From an uncultured Acidobacteriaceae bacterium (GTDB lineage: Bacteria; Acidobacteriota; Terriglobia; Terriglobales; Acidobacteriaceae), in contig CAWAIT010000005.1 of the NCBI GenBank assembly GCA_963782235.1, positions 726,929 to 790,928 of the forward strand: 64,000 bases of DNA, read 5' to 3'. Every line of letters begins with the position of its first letter. The first letter of the stretch is position 1. This document shows positions 1 to 9,243 of the stretch, piece after piece. A program made the translations under genes and the position numbers. The notes beneath the pieces were generated by a model. That model saw nothing but the letters and a program-made list of their open reading frames with translations. It was not told the DNA's origin and made no database searches.

Positions 1-1
1 G

Positions 2-532
2 ACCAACGTAGCACGCACCGGGTCCAAGGGACTGGCCTTCGCAACGCTGGTGCTCGATGCACTGAAGGGCTACGCAGCAGTCGCCATCGCACAGTGGATT
101 CCCGACCACGTCGCCATGCGGGTTTCGTCGAATACGCACGCCCCGCTCGCGGTGATTGATCCCACATTGTCATACTTCCTCGCGGCACTTGCCGGGCTTT
201 TCGTCATCCTGGGGCACATGTTCACGCCCTGGCTTGGGTTCAAAGGCGGCAAAGGTGTCGCAGCCGCCGTGGGAGCATTTGCAGCGATTGCGCCGCGCGC
301 GGTGCTGATTTCGCTGGCGCTCTTTGTTCTGGTGGTGGCAATAACTCGCTACGTTTCGTTGGGCAGCATCCTGAGCGCTGCCGTCTTCCCCCTGGCTGCT
401 TACTGGCTGAGCCCAGATATGCGCAGTGTACCGGTGATTTCTTTGGTCAGCATCGCCTCCCTGCTTATCATTGTGCGGCACAGAACGAACATTCAAAGGC
501 TGCTCGCGGGCCGCGAGAATCGCTTATGGTGA
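2..532 (+). CDS. plsY: glycerol-3-phosphate acyltransferase PlsY (5' end outside window)
   Basis: ORF 50..532 stays open in frame to the window start (TNVARTGSKGLAFATLVLDALKG). It has the PlsY-like motif GHMFTPWLGFKGGKGVA and is a multi-pass hydrophobic protein. gpsA follows directly. Confidence 0.85.
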   Translation, partial: TNVARTGSKGLAFATLVLDALKGYAAVAIAQWIPDHVAMRVSSNTHAPLAVIDPTLSYFLAALAGLFVILGHMFTPWLGFKGGKGVAAAVGAFAAIAPRAVLISLALFVLVVAITRYVSLGSILSAAVFPLAAYWLSPDMRSVPVISLVSIASLLIIVRHRTNIQRLLAGRENRLW

Positions 533-536
533 TGCT

Positions 537-1554
537 ATGAGCGAAATCGCGGTCATCGGAGGAGGCGCATGGGGCACGGCCATCTCCATCGTGCTCGGAC
601 GCAAGGGGTCTCACAATGTCAGACTTTGGGCGCATGAACCGGAAGTTCGTGAGAGCATCAATACGCGGCACGTCAACGAACTTTTTCTTCCCGGAGAGGT
701 AATCCCCGCAGCCATTCGCGCGACCAACGATCTCACTGAGGCGTTGCGCGGCGCCAGGATTGTAGTCAGCGTAATGCCTTCGCATCACACGCGGCATCTG
801 TTTGGCGCGATGAGTGAGCACCTGCACCCGGGCATGCTGTTCGTCAGCGCGACCAAAGGGATCGAGAACGACTCGCTGTGTCGCATGACGGAGGTGATCG
901 CCGCGACCGTTCCGTTTCCGGTGCGAATCGGTGCACTCAGTGGTCCTCGTTTGCGAAGGAGGTAGCGCAGGGACATCCGACGGCAGTAACGATTGCGTCG
1001 AAAGACCGCGAGCTGGCGCAGATCGTGCAGCGGGAGTTCAGCGATCCCAGATTTCGCCTTTATACAAACGACGATGTGGTAGGCGTCGAACTCGGTGGCG
1101 CGCTGAAAAACATTGTAGCCATCGCTGCAGGAGTCTGCGATGGTCTCGGGCTCGGACACAACTCGGTGGCTGCGCTGATCACACGTGGGCTGGCCGAAAT
1201 CACGCGCCTTGTGGTCGCGTGTGGCGGGCGTCGGAGACGATGGCCGGACTCGCCGGGCTAGGCGATCTGGTTCTCACCTGCACTGGGGGTTTGTCGCGCA
1301 ATCGGAGTGTCGGGGTTGCGCTCGGTCAGGGGCAGAAGCTGGATGCGATCATCGCCGGCATGCACGGCATGGTTGCCGAAGGCGTGTTGACAACGAATGC
1401 AGCGATCGGGCTGGCACGCAAAATGGGCGTGGAGATGCCGATCACGGAGCAGATGCACGCCATTCTTCAGCAGGGCAAATCACCGAAAGAAGCGATTCGG
1501 GAGCTGATGACAAGGCCCTCGACCAGCGAAGCAGGAAGCACGCAAGGACGCTAA
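537..1554 (+). pseudogene. gpsA: NAD(P)H-dependent glycerol-3-phosphate dehydrogenase GpsA, frame broken twice
   Basis: GpsA-like sequence is spread over three track ORFs in three frames: 471..965 (MSEIAVIGGGAWGTA, ATG at 537), 878..1261 ([18 protein letters not shown]...[13 protein letters not shown]) and 931..1554 ([16 protein letters not shown]...). The junctions lie near 940 and 1235. Confidence 0.85.
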
Positions 1555-1627
1555 TCCCACCCAGGCGAGAATCCTTGGTCCAGGATTTTACTTGGCTGTA
1601 ATTGCGTCGAAAAATCGCATCATGATC

Positions 1628-2222
1628 TCACGCACTGTCATCCTCGGGCATCCCCGTCCGGTCGAGCATGTGTTCCACTGTGAGGCCGCTGCTGAGCGCA
1701 AAGAACGCCATTCCCACGCCGTAGGCCGAGACCGGAAGCTTGCGGCCGAGATCATTCATGATCTGCTCTAGGATCTCGACCCCCGAGACAACCAACCTGC
1801 GATGCATCGCCGTGAGCCGGGCCTTGACATCGGAGTGGCGGAGAGCAAACAACTTAAATTCCATTGCCAGCAGGCTCCAGCGCCGGTCCAGGCACATGTT
1901 GAGCCAGAACTCGCGCAGGGCTGCCAGTTTTTGGGAAGGGCTCTGGTACTTGCTAACATGCTTGCGCAGATTTTCGATACGAGATGTGATCTCCTGCTCG
2001 AGCAGCGCAAAAAACAGGTCTTCCTTGCTTGCGAAATTGGCGTAAAAAGCGCCTCTTGTATAGCCGGCATCGGCGGCGATTTCTTCCAGTTTGGCGGCAT
2101 CAAAACCGTCGCGCGCAAATATCTTTTCCGCGGCCTGAAGAAACCGGGCGCGCGTGAGGTCCGTCTTTTCCTGGTGGCGGGAAGTTGGGAGCGGGCCCTT
2201 CTTTTGCTCTGGTAAGCGTCAT
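1628..2222 (-). CDS. TetR/AcrR-family transcriptional regulator (start codon unresolved, possible frame break at codon 3-4)
   Basis: Track ORF 1628..1897 is only the C-terminal half. The same frame stays open upstream and encodes a classic TetR HTH (TRARFLQAAEKIFARDGFDAAKLEEIAADAGYTRGAFYANFASKEDLFFALLEQ) but has no ATG/GTG/TTG. The nearest ATG (2222..2220) is one base out of frame. Confidence 0.75.
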
Positions 2223-2302
2223 CTAAGAGCGTATTCTTTTGGCGGGTTTATTTTCCGCAACGCCCGGCGGACTTACGTCATCGAAGTGCCTTGAAAGATT
2301 TC

Positions 2303-2320
2303 ATACATACATGTATGTAT
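2303..2320. promoter_or_regulatory. perfect 18-bp palindrome ATACATACATGTATGTAT, candidate TetR operator
   Basis: Perfect inverted repeat in the divergent TetR / TolC intergenic region, about 10 nt upstream of the TolC-like ORF start. Confidence 0.45.
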
Positions 2321-2330
2321 TAGATACAAC

Positions 2331-3908
2331 ATGGAACGCTTAGGATGCAAGACAAGCTCTGACCAACTCCTGCGGCGCACGCTATCGCTGGTTGCAGCGT
2401 TTCTGCTGGCCGCGCCGGCTGCGGCGTTGGCGCAGGGCACCAGCGCTACGGGCCTCATCCCGCTTCCCTCGCCCGAGCAGGTGATACAGCGCAACACCGA
2501 CCCGTACTCAGGCTCATTGCCGCAAGGCAAGCCCACGGGCCAAACCATGGACCTCACCATCGACCAGGCGCTCGACATGGGCTTGAAGTACAACCTGGGT
2601 CTGTATCTCAGCGGCCGTGTGACGGACCAGGCACGAGCCGCGCGATTGAAAGCGCTGAGCGAGATCTTGCCAAACCTCAGTGGAACTATTTCCGAGCAGG
2701 TCCAGAAGATCAACCTGAAAGCCTTCGGATTCACCTTCCCGGGATTCCCCACCTCGGTAGGGCCGTTTGGGCTTTTTCAGACCCAAGCGGTGGGAACCTG
2801 GAACTTCGGCGACCTCTCCAAGATCGACTCGCTACGTGCCGCAAAGCAGAATGTGCAGGCAGCACAGTTCAGCTACAAGGACGCGCGCGACACCGTGGTG
2901 CTGGCTGTTGGCGCGAATTACCTGCTGACGATTGCGGCCGAGTCCCGGGTCGCGGCCGTACAAGCCCAAGTAGACACCGCCCAGGCACTTTATCAGCTGG
3001 CATTCGACCAAGAACGGGCCGGGTTGGCGCCGCAAATCGATACCTTGCGCGCGCAGGTGCAGGTGCAGGCCCAGCAGCAGACGCTGATACAAGCACAAAA
3101 CGATCTGGAAAAGCAGCGCATCTCCTTGGCGCGCGTCATCGGCTTGCCCGTCCAACAGAAATTCCGGCTGGTAAACCGTGTTCCTTACCATCCCATCCCC
3201 GAGGTCGACATGAACACGGCGTATGAACGCGCTCTGCAGACACGCGCGGATTATCAGGCAGCTTTATCTTTGTTGCGCGCGGCGCAACTGAATCGCTCCG
3301 CCGCGTGGAAGGAGCATCTGCCGTCTCTGGACGCTTCGGGCAATTACGGAGTGCTGGGATTTACTCCCAGTTCGCTTGGCCCAAACTACACCGCCGGCGC
3401 CACGCTGAAAATTCCAATCTTCCAGGGCGAGAAGGTGAAAGCCGATGTCGAACAGGCCGAAGCGGTGCTGAAACAGCGACAAGCGCAAGTTGACAATCTC
3501 AAGGCGGGAATTGAGCAGGACGTGCAAGACGCATTGCTCGATCTGAAAGCCGCTGCCAAGCAGGTCGACGTTGCGAAAATCGGTCTCGACTTGGCTCAGC
3601 AGACGCTGGCGCAATCCCAGGACCGCTTCGCAGCCGGCGTGACCAACAACGTTGAGGTTATACAAGCGCAACAATTCCTCGCGACGGCCAACGACCAATA
3701 CATCGCCAGCTTGTACGAGCACAACATCGCGAAAGTGCTGCTGGCGCGCGCGATCGGGAATGCGCAGGAGCTCGCAAAGCAATATCTGTCAGATACAGGG
3801 AACACGACACCGCCGCCAAAGGTGAATCAGAATCCGCCGGCCCAGAGTCCAACAACTGTGCCGGCTCCGGCACCCAATCCCCCGAAAACCACGACGCCGA
3901 GGCCCTAA
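2331..3908 (+). CDS. TolC-family outer-membrane efflux protein
   Basis: 525-aa ORF with a signal-like N-terminus (LVAAFLLAAPAAALAQG) and duplicated A/Q/L-rich helical regions typical of outer-membrane factors. It is the first gene of a TolC-HlyD-MFS triad and has a Pro/Thr-rich C-terminal tail. Confidence 0.85.
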   Translation: MERLGCKTSSDQLLRRTLSLVAAFLLAAPAAALAQGTSATGLIPLPSPEQVIQRNTDPYSGSLPQGKPTGQTMDLTIDQALDMGLKYNLGLYLSGRVTDQARAARLKALSEILPNLSGTISEQVQKINLKAFGFTFPGFPTSVGPFGLFQTQAVGTWNFGDLSKIDSLRAAKQNVQAAQFSYKDARDTVVLAVGANYLLTIAAESRVAAVQAQVDTAQALYQLAFDQERAGLAPQIDTLRAQVQVQAQQQTLIQAQNDLEKQRISLARVIGLPVQQKFRLVNRVPYHPIPEVDMNTAYERALQTRADYQAALSLLRAAQLNRSAAWKEHLPSLDASGNYGVLGFTPSSLGPNYTAGATLKIPIFQGEKVKADVEQAEAVLKQRQAQVDNLKAGIEQDVQDALLDLKAAAKQVDVAKIGLDLAQQTLAQSQDRFAAGVTNNVEVIQAQQFLATANDQYIASLYEHNIAKVLLARAIGNAQELAKQYLSDTGNTTPPPKVNQNPPAQSPTTVPAPAPNPPKTTTPRP

Positions 3909-3920
3909 GCGTCCATCGAA

Positions 3921-5246
3921 ATGAACGACGAGACAGGTGAACAGATGAGCCCGACTACGACTGAACAGAACGAACTCGAGCAGCAACAGCCGTCCGAGGT
4001 GCATCGGGAGAGCCAGAACCATGATCCCGAGGCGCAGCCTCGCGTTGATGACCGCCGCGGTTTATTCCAGCGTCATCCGGCTGCCAAGGCAATCGTGTTC
4101 CTGGTTGCGATTCTCGCATTGCTGCTGGTGGGCTGGTTCTGGTGGCAGAGCCGTCATTGGGAGAGTACGGACGATGCTGAGATCGACGGCCACATTTATC
4201 CCATCAGCGCGCGTGTCAGCGGGCACGTCACCAAGGTCAATTACGACGATGGCCAGTTCGTACATCAGGGAGAGGTGCTGGTGCAATTAGACCCCACTGA
4301 CTACCAGGTCGCTTACGAGCGGGCGCAGGCCGACTATGTCGATTCTCAGGCCAACGCGCAGGCAGCCGAGTTCGGCGTACCAATCTCGAGCGTTGGTTCA
4401 GTGCAGCAGATTCGGTCAGCCCAGGCCGACATGGAGAGTGCGCAGGCGGGATTGTCCGCTGCGCAAAAGCAAGTTGCGGCGGCCCGGGCCCAGGTTGTCG
4501 AGGCCCAGGCCAACGCCAAGAAACTCAACGCCGATGTAGACCGCTACCAGCAGTTGCTCGGGAAGCGCGAGATCTCGCAGCAGCAGTTCGATTCCGCAAC
4601 TGCGGCAGCCACCGGAGCGAACGCTACTGTAGAAGCCCGGCAGGCGGCATTGCTCGCGGCGGAAGCGCAGGTGCAGCAGGCGCAGTCGCGCATAACGCAA
4701 GCCAATGCCGAGATTCGCAACGCGCAGATTAGCCCCAAGCAGGTGGCCGCCACCCAAGCCAAAGCGGAGTCGGCCGATGCGCAGGCGGAACGCTACAAGG
4801 CAGCGCTGGATCAGGCGCAACTGAATCTGCAATACACCACGATCACTGCGCCGGTCGACGGAGTAGTGGGGCGCCGCTCAGTGCAAGTAGGACAGAACGT
4901 GCAAACCGGACAGGACCTGATGTCCATTGTTCCCTTACGCGACATTTGGGTGACGGCAAACTTCAAGGAAACCCAGCTTACGAACATGAGGCCGGGGCAG
5001 CCGGCGAAAATCAAGGTAGACACCTATGGTGGCCGCACCTGGGATGGCCACGTCACCAGCATCGGAGGCGCTACCGGGGCGAAGTACAGCCTGCTGCCAC
5101 CGGAGAACGCCACCGGTAATTACGTCAAAGTCGTGCAACGCATCCCCGTTCGCATCGATTTCGATAACAACAACTCCCCGGACTTCAACAAAGACGGCCT
5201 ACTGCGTCCCGGTATGTCGGTCGAGCCTGACGTGAAGGTGCGCTAG
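3921..5246 (+). CDS. HlyD/EmrA-family membrane-fusion (periplasmic adaptor) protein
   Basis: 441-aa ORF with one N-terminal TM (AIVFLVAILALLLVGWFWW), a long A/Q coiled coil, and EmrA-like barrel motifs (IYPISARVSGHVTKVNYDDGQ..., TTITAPVDGVVGRRSVQVGQNV). Confidence 0.85.
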   Translation: MNDETGEQMSPTTTEQNELEQQQPSEVHRESQNHDPEAQPRVDDRRGLFQRHPAAKAIVFLVAILALLLVGWFWWQSRHWESTDDAEIDGHIYPISARVSGHVTKVNYDDGQFVHQGEVLVQLDPTDYQVAYERAQADYVDSQANAQAAEFGVPISSVGSVQQIRSAQADMESAQAGLSAAQKQVAAARAQVVEAQANAKKLNADVDRYQQLLGKREISQQQFDSATAAATGANATVEARQAALLAAEAQVQQAQSRITQANAEIRNAQISPKQVAATQAKAESADAQAERYKAALDQAQLNLQYTTITAPVDGVVGRRSVQVGQNVQTGQDLMSIVPLRDIWVTANFKETQLTNMRPGQPAKIKVDTYGGRTWDGHVTSIGGATGAKYSLLPPENATGNYVKVVQRIPVRIDFDNNNSPDFNKDGLLRPGMSVEPDVKVR

Positions 5247-5255
5247 GCGACAGAT

Positions 5256-5459
5256 ATGCCCGAATTGCAGGACTACACGGCCTCCGGCTGGAGGCCGCGC
5301 TTCAACCCGTGGATTATCGCGCTCACGGTGACCCTGGCGACGTTCATGGATGTTCTTGATACCTCAATTGCCAACGTCGCGCTGCGCACTTCTGATTTCG
5401 CATCACGATCGGTCCCATCCCGCCGCGAACTGCAGGTCCCTCGGCTTTGCTCGGGATGA
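5256..5459 (+). pseudogene. EmrB/QacA-type MFS efflux permease, only the first ~43 codons retained
   Basis: The N-terminus NPWIIALTVTLATFMDVLDTSIANVAL matches the conserved start of 14-TM MFS drug exporters. Homology then stops and the frame runs into a repeat element and terminates. Confidence 0.75.
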
Positions 5460-5461
5460 CA
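5432..5461 (-). repeat. REP family 1 copy (GTCATCC..GAGC..AAGC..GGACCTGC type)
   Basis: The reverse complement reads TGTCATCCCGAGCAAAGCCGAGGGACCTGCA. The same ends are seen at about 8 other loci in the window. Confidence 0.7.
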
Positions 5462-5790
5462 CACCTTAAGAGCTAACGCGGCTCAAAGCTCTTCAATGAC
5501 CCATCTGACCACAAACCACTTTTGTTGGATACCGCTTCTCGATCGAAGCTCTTAACCTTCTTTGCAACAAAGACATGACTAAGGCACCTTAGTGCTTGAA
5601 CGTCCCGTCTGTGACAAAAAAATGACTTGCTTTCCTTAGCACCACCAAGGATAATCTCAGTCGTACTAGTGCCATAGTACTTTCCGTCCCGTTGGGAGTC
5701 CGAGCTTATACTCCTGATTATTAGACGCCAATCTAAATGGCCCCCGCGTCCTGCGTGCGCGCGAACGTGGTGCTTTGTCGAAGGAATTGA

Positions 5791-6747
5791 ATGTACCGGG
5801 TCCCTTTGCGGTTAGTACTATTTCTGTTGGTTGCAGCGATTGTCTCCTTTGCGCAACAGGCTTCCACTCAAGCAACGGGCAGCGCTTCCGTCCTCTCCAA
5901 TTCTGTCAAGTCGAATAGCACTGTTCCTCCCGATGAACGGGTCGTCATGAAAGTTGGCGACACCAGGATTACGCAAGCGCAGTTCGAAACGATGTACGCG
6001 GACTACTTGAAGGGTCAAGGGGGCGCTCCCGTTCCCAAGAAAAAAACCACCGCCGAGAACTTTGCCGGTGGCTTGATGCTTTCGCAAGAGGCGTTGGCCC
6101 AGGGCTTGGAGAAGAAGCCGGAAATTGAGCGCGAGTTGGAGATGAACCGCATTCAGATTCTCTCCGATGCCGAGTATGACCGGTTGCAGGAGCAAGCCAA
6201 GCCGACCATGCAGGAGATCGCTGCCTACTACAACTCGCACCTCGATGATTTCGATCAGGTGGCGATCCGCCGAGTGTTCATCTTCAAGCAGAACGAACAT
6301 ACCAGCGGACATGGTTTGCCGGCTGCGGAAGCGCAAGCTCGGGCTGACGAGATTCGCAAGGTTCTGGCCTCCGGGGGCGATGCCAAGGCGCTGGTCAAAG
6401 ACACGAAGGACGCGCTCGATGCCGATCCGCTGACCTTCCGGCGCGACGAGCTGCCCGCCGTCATGGCCAACGCGTTTGACATGAAAGTGGGCGAGTGGTC
6501 GCAGGTTGCGGACACGCCCGATGCGCTGATTTTGTTCGAAGTCGTAAAGAAGGGCCGGCTTACCCTCGGGCAGGCAACGCCGGGCGTTGAAAAGAAGCTG
6601 CAGGCGCAGAAGCTCCGCGAGGAGATGGATGCCCTGAAGAAGAAAACCGGAGTTTGGTTGGACGAAGAATACTTCTCAGGCCCCGTTTCGGCTGCGAAGA
6701 GCCCGGTTCCGAGTCCCTCCGACCAAAAGCGGGCGCAACAAAAGTAA
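5791..6747 (+). CDS. secreted SurA/parvulin-like peptidyl-prolyl isomerase or chaperone
   Basis: 318-aa ORF with a signal peptide (LVLFLLVAAIVSFAQQ), a SurA-N-like region (VVMKVGDTRITQAQFETMY) and a degenerate parvulin-like block (VAIRRVFIF...GEWSQVADTPDALILFEVVKK). Confidence 0.6.
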   Translation: MYRVPLRLVLFLLVAAIVSFAQQASTQATGSASVLSNSVKSNSTVPPDERVVMKVGDTRITQAQFETMYADYLKGQGGAPVPKKKTTAENFAGGLMLSQEALAQGLEKKPEIERELEMNRIQILSDAEYDRLQEQAKPTMQEIAAYYNSHLDDFDQVAIRRVFIFKQNEHTSGHGLPAAEAQARADEIRKVLASGGDAKALVKDTKDALDADPLTFRRDELPAVMANAFDMKVGEWSQVADTPDALILFEVVKKGRLTLGQATPGVEKKLQAQKLREEMDALKKKTGVWLDEEYFSGPVSAAKSPVPSPSDQKRAQQK

Positions 6748-6784
6748 GACCCTACAGTACGAGGAAACGAGAGGAGCGAAACAA

Positions 6785-8336
6785 ATGAAATACAACAAGC
6801 TTGCGATTGGCATGCTCACACTGGCGATTTGTGCCTTTGCCCTACCAGCAATGGCGCAGATGACTTCCACGGGCATTGATTGCTCACAGGTCAGCGCACT
6901 CCACCTTCTTCAGCAGGACAACATGCGCTCTGGCAAGACCCTGATCGAATGCGGCATCGTGCAGGGCGGCCGTCCCGAGGGTGGCAGCGATAACGAAGTT
7001 CCGCAACCCCCCAACGTTCTGGTCAGCAACCGTACATGCTCCAGCTATACGACCTGCACCAAGAGCGAAGATATGGTTGCGTCAAGTCCCAACGGGCAGA
7101 CGATCGTGGTCAACTACAACGATAATACTGGTGGCAGCTGCTATTCGGGCGTGTCGTACTCCACCGATGGCGGCAATACGTTCACTGAAATTGCGGCGTT
7201 TCCGTTCTGCTCGGGACACGGCACCAATTACGGCGACCCGCTCGCCGTTTACAACCAGAAGCTGGGCTTATTCTTTGCCGGCGATCTGGCGACCGGCTGC
7301 GGTGGCTTCGGAATCGGCCTGTGGAGCTCACCTGATGGCATCAACTGGACCGTCAGCGGCTGCGCTCATAATGGCGGCAGTGACGACCGCCCGTCGATGT
7401 GGGTTGACAACGATCCCACCAGCGCCGGATACGGGCGCATGTACGTCTCGTTCAACAACTTCAATCTCGGCGGCGGTGACCTGGAAGTATCGTACTCCGA
7501 CAACGGCACCACCTGGACTACTGTCCAGCTTTCCAGCGGTTTCATTCGCGATGTCCAGATCACCGGCGCCCAGCTCAGCCCGACCGTGAACCGCGTTGCT
7601 GTGAATGGATACGACACGGTGTTCGTTGCCAGCATGAATGAAGGCGGTGGCGGCAATGCCAACCGCCAGAACATCATGTGGCGTTCCACCAACGGCGGTG
7701 TGAGCTGGACTCAGATCACCATGGGTTCGCCATTCGCCCCTCCTGGCGACTCCGTCTGTCCCAGCAATTCCTATTTCTACCAGGTGAACCCGATCTGGCG
7801 GCACATGGGCTGGGGCCAGCCCGCCGTTGCGTCCTAACAATGTTGTCCACTATGACTTCGCCGGCGCCGGAACCAACGGCGACCACGGCGACATCTTCTA
7901 CACCCGCTCCACGGATAATGGCACGACCTGGAGCGCGCCGATCAAGCTGAACACTGACCCTGACGGCCAGTACAAGACGCAGTGGATGCCGTCACTTTCG
8001 GTGAACCCTGGCGGTAAGGTCACTGCCTCCTGGTATGACCGGCAAATCGCCACTTCCGCCTGTAACGCGGTCACCGATCCCGGATGCAACTACATTCGAT
8101 CTGCGATCCAGTCGCCCGACAATGGCGTCACCTGGGGCGCGGAATTTGAAGTAAGCACTGCCGTCATCAATGAACCGGCGCAGGACAACCCCGACATCGT
8201 GAGCTGCTATGCCGGCGACTATGACTACAGCACAGCCCGTGGGAGCACGGCTTACCTAATCTGGGACGACGGACGCGTCAACGTTGGCGGCGTTTATGTA
8301 CAGAACGTTGACTTCGCTGCCGTGCCTGAACCGTAA
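6785..8336 (+). pseudogene. secreted BNR/Asp-box repeat (sialidase-fold) protein, one frame break
   Basis: There are six S-x-D-x-G-x-T-W-like boxes (YSTDGGNTFT, SSPDGINWT, YSDNGTTWT, RSTNGGVSWT, RSTDNGTTWS, QSPDNGVTWG). They are split between ORF 6785..7837 and ORF 7827..8336 in different frames. Signal peptide at the N-terminus. Confidence 0.75.
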
Positions 8337-8360
8337 GTTCGACCAAAGCTGAAAGACTTC

Positions 8361-8388
8361 AGGGCAGCTCACAAGCTGCCCTTTTTTG
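8361..8388 (+). terminator. intrinsic terminator
   Basis: AGGGCAGCT-caca-AGCTGCCCT followed by TTTTTTG, directly after the BNR gene stop. Confidence 0.75.
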
Positions 8389-8470
8389 CATTGGACGATG
8401 ACGGGGAGTGGTACTCCCTGTCTACTAGCATGCCGGGCACGTGCGATACTGATGCTGTCGTTGCCTCCGA

Positions 8471-8559
8471 GCCGGGATGGCGAAACTGGCAGACGCAGCG
8501 GACTTAAAATCCGCAGACCCGAAAGGGTTGTGGGGGTTCGAGTCCCCCTCCCGGCACCA
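8471..8559 (+). tRNA. tRNA-Leu (anticodon TAA) with long variable arm, CCA encoded
   Basis: Acceptor GCCGGGA/TCCCGGC, anticodon loop CTTAAAA, variable arm GCAGACCCGAAAGGGTTGTG, T arm GGGGGTTCGAGTCCCCC, 3' ACCA. Confidence 0.9.
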
Positions 8560-8653
8560 GCGACGGCGCGACCTTCTCGTTACAGAGGTCCCTCGCTCCG
8601 CTCAGGATTTCGGCATAAGGCTGCCGCTGCGCTCACGTCTTCCATGCGCCTCA

Positions 8654-8678
8654 AGTTCAAGTCCCCCTCCTGGCACCA
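8654..8678 (+). repeat. degenerate duplicate of the tRNA-Leu 3' end (att-like scar)
   Basis: AGTTCAAGTCCCCCTCCTGGCACCA versus the tRNA 3' end GGTTCGAGTCCCCCTCCCGGCACCA, about 100 nt downstream. No matching 5' half is present. Confidence 0.6.
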
Positions 8679-8779
8679 AGATCAGGCGAGCACTTCCGCT
8701 CAGACTGGTCACGAGTTCCATTTTTTCTTGTTCCGGGTGAACTTTTTTCCAGCCGACGGGTTACCATAGGCGACGAGGA

Positions 8780-9238
8780 ATGGAGATGGCTGCACGTCAA
8801 CGGTTTGGGTTTGCTTTGGCGCTCATCATAGCGGCCGGTTCCCTGGTTCCCGCCGCGGCGGCGGTGCGGCTTGGAACAATTTCGATCGGTGCAGGTTATG
8901 GCTATTTCTCAGGCCCCTACTGGCCGGGATACTACGGGGCAGGATTCTATCCCCCGCCGTTCTACGGTCCGTGGTTCGATCCCTGGTTCGCCGCTCCGTA
9001 CTACGCCCCGGTGTACTTCTCACCGCAGCCTGACAAAGGACAGGTCAGCCTCCGAACACAAAACAAGAGTGCGGAGGTTTACCTCGACGGCGCGTACGCC
9101 GGCACGGCTTCGAGCCTGAAGAATTTCTGGCTGGCTCCGGGCGTCTATCAACTTGAAGTTCGCGCCAACGGCCAGGCTCCGCAGGAAAAGCGCATTTACG
9201 TTCTGACCGGCAAGACGATTAAGGTACGCATGGAGTAG
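8780..9238 (+). CDS. small secreted protein, Gly/Tyr/Pro-rich region plus PEGA-like C-terminal domain
   Basis: Signal-like N-terminus, a YWPGYYGAGFYPPPFYGPWFDPWFAAPYYAPVYF segment, then VYLDGAYAGTASSLKNFWLAPGVYQLEVRANG. Confidence 0.5.
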   Translation: MEMAARQRFGFALALIIAAGSLVPAAAAVRLGTISIGAGYGYFSGPYWPGYYGAGFYPPPFYGPWFDPWFAAPYYAPVYFSPQPDKGQVSLRTQNKSAEVYLDGAYAGTASSLKNFWLAPGVYQLEVRANGQAPQEKRIYVLTGKTIKVRME

Positions 9239-9243
9239 TTGCC

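Noticed and set aside
8386-8769. ORFs 8386..8769 and 8477..8740 on the plus strand
   Set aside because: They overlap the tRNA-Leu gene and its duplicated 3' fragment and have no coding character.
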